From NCBI GenBank assembly GCA_965644295.1, contig CBFFRP010000315.1, positions 1 through 30,946 of the forward strand: a stretch of 30,946 nucleotides of DNA, in the 5' to 3' direction. A program made the translations under genes and the position numbers. The notes under the pieces were generated by a model. That model had not been told where the DNA came from and searched no databases. It worked only from the letters and a program-made list of their open reading frames with translations. Below are positions 22,587-30,946 of the stretch, piece by piece; positions within the stretch are counted from its first letter, which is position 1; each line of letters opens with the position of its first letter. This DNA comes from Paraphysomonas bandaiensis (Eukaryota; Protista; Chrysophyceae).

Positions 22587-24611
22587 ATGAGTCGATCATT
22601 TACTCTGCAACAAAACGAAGATCCTTATTTTAAGCATACGGCAACGGCGGAAAAGAATGGTCCACTGGGAACACTATACGTCACATCTCTTCGGTTCGCA
22701 TGGATTCCTAATGACGATTCGTTACCTAATTTTGTGGTTTCATGGGCTGAAGTTTCTGCAGACCAGTATAAGAGTGGTACTGGTAAGCAAAAGCATTGTG
22801 CTATTAGGTTGACCACAATCAGTGCTTCAAGCAGTCCAAAAGAATTTTATCTCGGAGAGTCTGCTCCTGCTATTCAGCGAGAATTAGAAAGTTTACGTAG
22901 CGCTGTGAAGCGTGCAAGACAAGGGACAGAGCAGGCATCTAATCGAGGAAATTTGACTGTTAGTTCATCACAATCAGCACCACAGAACCGAAAGCTGCAG
23001 GCAGTAATTTCTCAAGCATCACATGAACATACTGAATCACAGCGCAAAGCTTTACTACTTGAATCTGACAAGGAGCTACGAGGGTTGTACGATGAGTTGG
23101 TAAAGGGCGGGATAATTGATGAGTCAGAGTTCTGGTCTAGTCATACAAACGTCCTGAGCGAGGCTGAAGCTCGAAGTGCACCCACTCAGCGTGGTATGAT
23201 TACGTCTCTCCTGTCTGAGAGTGTGGACATGTCGCATGTAATGTCGAAAAATGGGGAGAAGAAGTCTTTTAAGATTACACCCCATATTGTTGCAGAAATC
23301 TTTGCAACTAACCCGATTGTTAAGAAACAGTATGACTCACTTGTTCCACACGAACTGACAGAGGCAGAATTCTGGCAGAAATACTTTCTGTCGGAGTACT
23401 TCACTCGCACACAAACACAGCGTGACACCAGTGGGTTAAGGAACCGGTATAATAGCCGCGATAGCGTTCGTGGGGCAATGTTGACAGATGATTTATTCAC
23501 TCGAGCTTACAATGAGGATCTTGTGAAGAGTCGTAAAAATGGGCCCATCCCAGCCAGGAAGTTATCCCAGTCCGTATCTGTTGACACGGACCTTACATCT
23601 ATATATGGAGATTATCATATTAAAGAGCCGCTTGATCCTGAGGATTTCACTCTACCCCAGGAGAAGTCAGCAATACTTGATAAGTACGTGAAGAAGAGCA
23701 CAGCGGTGTTGGATTCTCAACAGGTGGGAATTTCATTCTCACTCTCCGAGGGAGCGAATGATAATGCAGGTCAGAGGCGCAGGTGTAAGAGGCCTGGTGC
23801 AGATTGGGGACCGAATGAGCAAATGGAGTTAAAGAAGGATGGAGAAGGTGAATATATCCCACTAAAACTGAAACACGCCAAGCGGTACAATGCTGCTCCA
23901 ATTGCACTGGAGAAAATGGAGTACACCCCTCCGACAGCGGAACACGTATTGCGGACACTGGACCAAATTTTTCCTCCATACGACTACGCCATGCGGGCAA
24001 TGGCGCAGGACATACAGAGTATGCATGATCTCACACAAGTAGCCACAGACGCCGCCAGACGAGCTACGACATCGCAGAACACACAAAGCTCTATTGGAGG
24101 AACAGCTGTCATTACAGTGGATCACTCGAGGACTGCTAGTGAAGTTATGGAAGTACCTCCAGGATTTCAGCAGGTACTATATCTGTAAATATAGGTGGTC
24201 GGTACTATATATGCTGTATATGCTCGTGGATATTTTGGGTTTTAGGCTTCGAATATTAACTTGCTACGCAGTTCATGCTGGAGCAGTTCACGGCTATCAC
24301 AGAGCTCCTGCGACACTTCTATTCTAACATTAACTATCATGGCATGAAACAAGAGTCAAAAGTAGGAAAGATACAGGCAAAGCTTGAAGAAAGACTAACA
24401 TTGTTAACCAACAAGAAGAGAGATCTGCAAAATAATCATTCTGCCGAAGCGGGCGGTAAGTTAGTTTCATATCCTGCAAAATTTTGTTTTATTCATTTGT
24501 GTAGAATTAAAAAACTGTTTTCGAGTAATCAAAGAAGTATCAGATTTAGTTCATAGTGCATTTCAGTATTGGGATGTCTACAGAAAAGCATCTGGGGACA
24601 AGAAGTTGTAG
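22587..24611 (+). CDS. GTF2H1: TFIIH p62 subunit (GTF2H1/TFB1), about 625 aa, 3 exons
   Basis: Exons 22587-24173, 24272-24455 and 24505-24611. N-terminal PH-like domain, two BSD domains (LYDELV.GGIIDESEFW; IFATNP.VK..Y...VP.ELTEAEFWQKYF), and C-terminal ELLRHFY. Confidence 0.92.
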
Positions 24612-24994
24612 TAGTAGTTAAGTGGTCATGTAACGTGCACCTCCATGTCATAGCCTACCCGCGGTATATTTTGTTTCGAAGTATACATTTTGTTATTTTT
24701 AGTTTTGTAATAATCAGTTATAGCATGACTAATCAATTTTTTAAGTTCTTAGTGCAAAGATTCAAGCATTGGAATTACAGCTCTTGTCAGTAGCTGTGGA
24801 TATTAGTGGCGTAGATGAACCCAGGGATATAAAATATTATTATAAGTTAGTTTCCCAACTATTGCAATGTAGTACCATCCTTCGTTTATCAGTAGCTAAA
24901 CACATGTCTGCATTTTATTTTCGACTTTTACTTGTAGTCATGATCACGATACCTACTACGTTGGTAAGCAAAATTTACGAAGAGGTACGAGTCC

Positions 24995-25225
24995 TGACAC
25001 ATTTCTCCGGGAAGCTATCGTGATCCGCATATATAGTCAGCTGTCAGCAGAAAATGTTCTGCCCACCCATAGTCAAATGCTTGTGTGGCACAAGAGTCAT
25101 TTTGAGCCTTGACGATTAAACAGGCATCTGGGGTATTCACCTTACGGACAAAAAGGAAAGTGGCTGCACCTTTTTTTGCTTGAGGTGACACACAAGCATC
25201 TTTCGTAGCGTTAAATAATATGATA
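24995..25225 (+). repeat. Unclassified dispersed repeat, copy C
   Basis: Colinear similarity to 10925-11195; ends abruptly at the Copia remnant. Confidence 0.8.
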
Positions 25226-25799
25226 GGTCAGCTGAAGATCCGCCGAACCTTTCAAGTATTTCAATATCTGTACCACAGCATTCCAGTGTTCCCTGCCGGG
25301 GTTATTAGACAGAAAACGTGCACAACATCCAACGGCAAAAGCAATATCAGGGCGAGTGCACACCATAACATACATTAATTTTCCAACCACTGTGCGATAA
25401 GGGATATTCCCCATATAGATTTTCTCCTCGTCCGTGCTTGGAGACATCGAGGCAGATAATTTAACATGGTTGGCCATAGGCACTGGAGATGTTGAGTTGA
25501 TCGGGTGGATCGGGTCCACATATTCGATTAAGTCTTTGATGTATTGACACTGAGAGAGTTGGACTGTGTGTCGATCCTTCGATGTGTGAATACGGATCCC
25601 AAGAAACCACTCGAGGGGACCTAAATCGTTAGTACGAAATTTTTGGTGTAATAACACGCAAAATTTATTCAATAGGCTAATGCTGGATGCAGCAATGGCA
25701 ATATCATCAACATATACGCATATAATGACGAATCCATCATCAGATTGGTGATAAAATACACACGTATCTGTATGATGCAGCCTCGTTTGACAACTCAAC
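25226..25799 (-). pseudogene. Copia reverse transcriptase fragment from a different family than the 330-5838 element
   Basis: Motifs DTCVF, VYVDD, DLGPLEWFLG, PYRTVVGKLMY and TRPDIAFAV. Broken upstream at the Gypsy LTR edge and truncated before RNase H. Confidence 0.9.
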
Positions 25800-26958
25800 T
25801 GTCACCTCACAGTTTGGTTTGATAACCAAGACTATGGCTCGTGATAACGCTAACTACTATCACTGTATAGGAATCAAGACAATGAGACCAAAGAAGTGAT
25901 ATTATTACAGGTAAACTTATGTTTCAATCAACTATACTCGAGTGACTGACTCCCGCGAAGAATCAGCACGCAAACACCACCGCTAGTGATGTCAGGTCGC
26001 TAGTACCCAAGTATGGTTAACATAAACAAAACTGAGTCACAACAGAAACATAAAGTATGAAGACAACCGTAGAGCTGCACACACACAACGTCATCCATGT
26101 CACACTGTGTTGCAACACACAACCACAACGCAGGCTGTGTCATACAAGCAGTATAACAATATACAGTCATGTCAACGACTCTATCAAATACGGTTGTACA
26201 ACACTGTATAATGTATATCATGTTGCATTCCTCATAACTACAATTGTACTTGGAAAATACTAGCTAACGTACACTTTCATAACATAACAACAATCTTGCA
26301 GCAACATACCACCAGCACGTCCTTAAGCTCAGAGTGTATGTCTAAGGCGAAGAGATCCAAGAAAAGACGTGGTAAAGCCTCTCTGCAACGGTATGAGGAG
26401 TCTCGGAGAAAGGCTATCCGAGAATATGCTGCAGAGCGCCGTGCACATGATATTGCAGCACGATGTCCCCAAGGTGTCTTAGACAAGTCTGGTAAGCTCT
26501 GCAAAGTAGTTCCTTATCTCTACAGTTCTTCCGCAGAATGTGCATCCGAGGTTTGTTCCACCGTATTGGACTTCTACCTCCAGTGTCTGCTCGCAATATG
26601 CTTCATGCCCCATCTAATCATGGCCGGTACGTAAACACTCTGTATGATGCTGACCTCGCTGCCGGTATGGATTACAACTGTGAGTTTAGCGTTGATGAGT
26701 CTGGGTTGGATGTGGTCTGGGTGAAGACTCTGAGACCTATATCCGAAGGTGAGGAGCTGATTGCTGACTATGGTGAGTGGTATCACCGCAAGAGTAAGCT
26801 ACGCCTTAAGTGAGTAGTCATTTCTCCTTTTGTGGTAACTAATAATTGTTGTTATCTCTGAGTGTTTTCTTGGTAGTTAGTCTATCTAGTGTCTTGTAGC
26901 CCCTTAGGAGAACACTATAGCCACGTAAGTAGGGCACGCGAGATGCCACGTGGTCACA
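25800..26958 (-). repeat. Predicted 3' LTR of the Gypsy element (1159 bp)
   Basis: The element strand starts TGTGACC just after the PPT and ends GGTGACA (6/7 inverted match) where the Copia RT frame resumes. The second LTR is outside the window, so this is not confirmed as a repeat. Confidence 0.75.
26338..26813 (+). CDS. Antisense SET-domain-like ORF within the predicted Gypsy LTR (two overlapping frames; spliced, frameshifted or decayed)
   Basis: Frame A from ATG 26338 begins with the basic stretch MSKAKRSKKRRGK. Frame B (open 26496-26813) reads SNHGRYVN...NCEF...VWVKTLRPISEGEELIADYGEWY, matching the SET C-terminal RxxNH..N / I..GEEL..DY signature. Confidence 0.7.
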
Positions 26959-26976
26959 TTGCCCCCTCCCCTCTTT
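26959..26976 (-). promoter_or_regulatory. Polypurine tract of the Gypsy element
   Basis: Minus strand AAAGAGGGGAGGGGGCAA immediately precedes TGTGACC. Confidence 0.85.
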
Positions 26977-27138
26977 GGTTGAAATTTTTGGAAATAAAAC
27001 GGAGTAAATCCCGATCCGGCGCCTACAGATGCCAACAGAACTAGGTTTGACGTAGCCATCAGAACGAAGACGATCCGGATGAACTCATGGGATATATAAA
27101 CTATATTGAAGGAAGTAGTCAAAGCAGAGTGTGTAAGT

Positions 27139-30100
27139 CTAATAAGACTCACGGACTTGTGGAAATTGTCGGGCAAAATCCTCATCTACTAGTACCATAT
27201 TGCTGGTATTCACCTCGGAATGAACAAAGCAATGCACCAGGTAGTTGTCATAACGGTAGGTGCGGAGAGTGAGAAGATCTTTTACCGATAATACTCGCTT
27301 AGAGCTCTTGTGGTACCAGTGTGTGAACTGGATAGGAGCTACATAAGTGAGTAGATGAGAATCTGGAAGATCCAACTCATCATACCAAACATCGCCATAA
27401 ATTCGCAAATCGACATATGCGAGATCACCAGGTTGAAACTGAGTGATCGGTTGTTTACGAATGTCTGATATGTATTTCTTAGCACCTTCAGTAGAATAAA
27501 TAAGATGGTATAGATATCTTTTGCTGGAGCAAAACTCAGCGTAGGGTATCGAGTCAAAAAGATCCTTGTTATAAGGCACTTCTCTAACATCACCATCTTG
27601 GAAACGCACAGTAAAAGTCATAGTAGATCTCACGTCGCGATCACCTTTATAATAAAGGATTTTATCTATGACATGTTGTTCATGATCACGCAAGGCCATT
27701 TTGTATGCTGTGTCACGATCTCCTGGAAATAATTTTACATCACTGACAGAAACGCGTACCATTTGTCCAGTCGCCAGATGCTGGCAGTCAACATCGTTTT
27801 TGTATTGATGTTTGACTGTAAATGGTCCCATGTACCTGTGAGACATTTTTGGATGCACCTTAGCGCCCTTGTCGAACAATACAAAGTCGCCAGGTTGATA
27901 TCTGTTTTGTCTGTCAGGATGAACACCCTCACTGGCTCTCTCGCTAGCCAGTTTTTGTTGATACGCTTTGGAAGCTTCACGAAGTTTCGCCAATTGATCA
28001 TTGAGAGCAGAAAGGCGAGCATGAGCCTTTTCTGGTAACTCTTTGATGTCCATGGTTAGATATTCGAGGTCATTGGAGCCAAATGTCAACTCGAAAGGAG
28101 AATAGCCTGTTTCTGATGAAACCTCCGAATTCAAAATATATTGGACATTGGCTATCCAGCTGGGATCCTCAAAAACGTCTCTGCGTTCTTCACGCTCACT
28201 GTTATCATAGACCAAAGCACGCAAGTGTCGCACAACCTCCCCAATAATGCGCTCACAACCGTTGGCGTGACGGTTAGCGATGCTGAAAGTGTGCCGGACA
28301 CCCATATATTCGGTCAACTGTTTGAATAGATCGGAAGTCAAGTCCGGTCCTTGATCAGAAATAATGAGATCTGTGTGTCCATAGTGAGTCCAGTATTTCC
28401 AAACCGTATTGGCAAGATTAAGGGCCGTGACTCCCTTTACCGGTTCAAGGTATACTAACTTGGTGAAAAGGTTAACCACCACATTGATATGAGTATATCC
28501 ATCCGCGCCATGCGGTGTAATCTCTACTGCATCAATGCCAATAGCGCTCCTAGCATTTGGCGGCTTGAGATTTCGAACGATAGGAATGAGAGCCTCTCTC
28601 ATAGCTAATCTCGTTTTCACACAATTTGGACACTTGGAAATATAATCCTCAACAACTTTATAAGGAATGTTATGACCCGGGAACTCCTTATTCAAACGTA
28701 TCCATGTAGCTCTGCCTCCCATGTGTCCTACTCGGGCGTTATGTACTTGGAGCAACGCTTCTTCAGGAGTGACTTGTGTCTCAGACGGAGGTGCTATCTC
28801 TCGATCCTCAGGTTCCATAAAATTTCCCAAGAAATTGAAAAACTCGTCTTCAGTGCAATCATCACCGAGGAAATACACATCATCCAAGTCTTCATCTAAG
28901 AATATGCCTGACAAGGCAGCTACTTGATGTTCCCGAGACAACCAATCCGCTAGCCAGTTCTTAGCACCAGATATGTGGCGAATACTAAAGTTGAAAGATT
29001 GTAGGAAAATCCTCCACCTGGTTATCTTCGGTACCTCTGATGCCTCCATCCATAACAGATTATTATGGTCTGTTTCTATGGTGAACTGCTTTCCAATTAA
29101 ATAGTAAGCTAATTGCTTGACACTATAGAAGATACCATAAGCCTCTTGCTCAATGGTCGCCCATTTCTGAGCCTGAGTGGAAAATTTTTTCGAAATGAAA
29201 GCTATAGGTTGTAACTGTGTTTCCCCATTCGGAAATATCTTTTTCTGTAACAATACAGCGCCTACTCCCAACTCACTGGCATCGGTTCGTAAAGACCATT
29301 CCAGCTCATAGTCTGGATAAAATAGCTCACATGAATCTTGAAGACCCTTGATGAAGCGACGGAATTCAGCTTCATAATCATGCCTCCAAGTACTTTTGTC
29401 CCAATTAAAAGTCTTTTTGGTCATGTCAGTCAAATGAGCCACCAAATCGGAGTATTTTGGAGTAAAGCTGGAGAAAAATACACCCTTGCCCAAAAGAGAT
29501 CTAGCCTGCTTGGTCGTGGTAGGCATCGGAATCTTTCCTAGTGCTTCTTTTTTCTCAGGGTTAACTTCATAGGACTTATGTCGACAAACATATCCAAAGA
29601 AATCTACTTTTCTAAATCCCAACCAGCTCTTTGGCATTTTAAGTTTTACATTTCTTTCAATACATCGGTCAATAATCTTTTCAAATTTTTCATAGGCGTC
29701 CTGAGCATCATGTGCGAGTATGAGCATATTATCAAAAATAACAATTGCCCATTCAGAAAAATCACTGAATATGTCTCGCACTGTCTCTTGTAGAACACCT
29801 GTGGCAGGAGCAATGCCCTCGGGCATGAAGTTTGGAGCATATTGTCCCCAGGGTGTCTGAATAGACAACCTCTCTGATGTTTCGTCTGCCAACGGAATCT
29901 GATGGAAAGCATTTGTCAAGTCTATGTCCATGTACAGTGGAAAGTTGATAATCTTGTCAAGCTCATGCTTGACATTGGGAATAGTGTAATTCCCTACCTC
30001 CATATGCTTGTTAATTTGCACGTAATCACCACAAAAACGTATGTATGGAGGAGTGGCTTTTGGAGCTACCACTAGGCAAGATGCCCAGGGAGAACGACTT

Positions 30101-30945
30101 TTTCTGTAGAAATAGCCACACAATCGCCGAAACTCCTTCTCCGAAGCCTCCCACAGCTTTGGATTGATCGGCCTGGCCTTTGGTTTCATTCGATCTGGGA
30201 GAGTACTTTTCCATTTCAGAGACAAAGGCTCCACACCTCTTACACCGCTCCACTCGTCTGGCACGAACACTTTTTCCGCTTTAGTTGTTAACAATTCCAT
30301 GATGTTAGTCTCACTCTTCAACTCTTCACTAACGTGAGTTTTAATCTGCTCATGATAGTCTTGGAGAGCTTCTTCTCGAGACTTTCCTAAGAATGTCAAC
30401 GCATCCTTAAACTGGACAGGCAACTCTGTTTCGTCATCCTCTGGGGCGGTATCCTCACTGGCTTTCCTCCACGGGTGCACACGGTCATTAGGATCAACCG
30501 TGTCCCCTACCAGAGATGACAACACATTCGAATTTTCACTATTAGAGACATCTTCGATTTGAGTCTCATGTGCCTCACGCATAACCGCACACATGAAAGG
30601 ATACAACTTTCCAGTCAGCGCAGGCAATCCCAAAATAATATCATTGGTTTTCATGTCTATGACCAAGAATTCCCCAGTGTATTGATAAGTGTGGGACTTA
30701 GGATCAGTCAATACCAAATTCAGTCGAACTCCTTCAGTCAAATCTTGGACTGTCCTGCTGTCAGCTAATACCACTCTGTGCTTCACTTTGTAGAAACGGC
30801 TTGGCTGTAGTTTATCACGAAGTTTCTCAATTAAATCTTTTGCGACATAGTTTGCCACAAGTGCCCCCGTGTCACACAATACATTGACTAATTCCTCCAT
30901 TTTAAATTTTCTATCTATCACTACTCTACCTACGGTATGTGCTGA
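27139..30945 (-). CDS. Gypsy Pol polyprotein (PR, RT, RNase H, IN, GPY/F, chromodomain-like, extra C-terminal domain); 5'-partial
   Basis: Frame open to the window edge. LCDTGA; RFCGDY, DLTNAFHQI, MPEG, IFDN; TDAS, EQE, TDH, ADWLSR; H..H..CPNC; IGIDA, SDQG, ANGCER; YMGPF; VIDKIL...FTVRF. Confidence 0.95.
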   Translation of the reverse strand, partial: SAHTVGRVVIDRKFKMEELVNVLCDTGALVANYVAKDLIEKLRDKLQPSRFYKVKHRVVLADSRTVQDLTEGVRLNLVLTDPKSHTYQYTGEFLVIDMKTNDIILGLPALTGKLYPFMCAVMREAHETQIEDVSNSENSNVLSSLVGDTVDPNDRVHPWRKASEDTAPEDDETELPVQFKDALTFLGKSREEALQDYHEQIKTHVSEELKSETNIMELLTTKAEKVFVPDEWSGVRGVEPLSLKWKSTLPDRMKPKARPINPKLWEASEKEFRRLCGYFYRKSRSPWASCLVVAPKATPPYIRFCGDYVQINKHMEVGNYTIPNVKHELDKIINFPLYMDIDLTNAFHQIPLADETSERLSIQTPWGQYAPNFMPEGIAPATGVLQETVRDIFSDFSEWAIVIFDNMLILAHDAQDAYEKFEKIIDRCIERNVKLKMPKSWLGFRKVDFFGYVCRHKSYEVNPEKKEALGKIPMPTTTKQARSLLGKGVFFSSFTPKYSDLVAHLTDMTKKTFNWDKSTWRHDYEAEFRRFIKGLQDSCELFYPDYELEWSLRTDASELGVGAVLLQKKIFPNGETQLQPIAFISKKFSTQAQKWATIEQEAYGIFYSVKQLAYYLIGKQFTIETDHNNLLWMEASEVPKITRWRIFLQSFNFSIRHISGAKNWLADWLSREHQVAALSGIFLDEDLDDVYFLGDDCTEDEFFNFLGNFMEPEDREIAPPSETQVTPEEALLQVHNARVGHMGGRATWIRLNKEFPGHNIPYKVVEDYISKCPNCVKTRLAMREALIPIVRNLKPPNARSAIGIDAVEITPHGADGYTHINVVVNLFTKLVYLEPVKGVTALNLANTVWKYWTHYGHTDLIISDQGPDLTSDLFKQLTEYMGVRHTFSIANRHANGCERIIGEVVRHLRALVYDNSEREERRDVFEDPSWIANVQYILNSEVSSETGYSPFELTFGSNDLEYLTMDIKELPEKAHARLSALNDQLAKLREASKAYQQKLASERASEGVHPDRQNRYQPGDFVLFDKGAKVHPKMSHRYMGPFTVKHQYKNDVDCQHLATGQMVRVSVSDVKLFPGDRDTAYKMALRDHEQHVIDKILYYKGDRDVRSTMTFTVRFQDGDVREVPYNKDLFDSIPYAEFCSSKRYLYHLIYSTEGAKKYISDIRKQPITQFQPGDLAYVDLRIYGDVWYDELDLPDSHLLTYVAPIQFTHWYHKSSKRVLSVKDLLTLRTYRYDNYLVHCFVHSEVNTSNMVLVDEDFARQFPQVRESY

Positions 30946-30946
30946 G

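Larger units (their letters stand above)
25800..30946 (-). mobile_element. Ty3/Gypsy LTR retrotransposon (chromovirus-like), 3' part; continues beyond the window
   Basis: PR-RT-RH-IN order, PPT and a predicted 3' LTR; inserted into a Copia remnant. Confidence 0.92.

Noticed and set aside
26492-26525. 34-nt intron GTAAGC...CTACAG in the LTR ORF
   Set aside because: Splicing here enters a frame that stops before the SET motif, and it is shorter than the other introns in the window.

Overview
Eukaryotic nuclear DNA with short spliceosomal introns of about 40-150 nt. Gene content and TE types suggest a stramenopile-like protist (inference). Six spliced host genes form three head-to-head pairs: a PA-domain/GT-C glycosyltransferase with an amino-acid transporter; a permuted papain-like (NlpC/P60) plus cNMP-binding-like protein with a degenerate ADCY10-like cyclase-NTPase; and TMEM70-like with GTF2H1/TFB1. 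Mobile DNA comprises a complete young Ty1/Copia element (identical 321-bp LTRs, TG...TA ends, 5-bp TSD), a decayed hAT element with an 8-bp TSD, a Copia RT remnant, an unclassified dispersed repeat, two long hairpins, and the 3' part of a Ty3/Gypsy element. The Gypsy element is the most unusual object. Its pol is uninterrupted, has a non-canonical IFDN RT active site and a chromodomain-like integrase tail, and its predicted ~1.16-kb 3' LTR carries an antisense ORF with a SET-domain C-terminal signature. All calls were made by eye; no searches were run.
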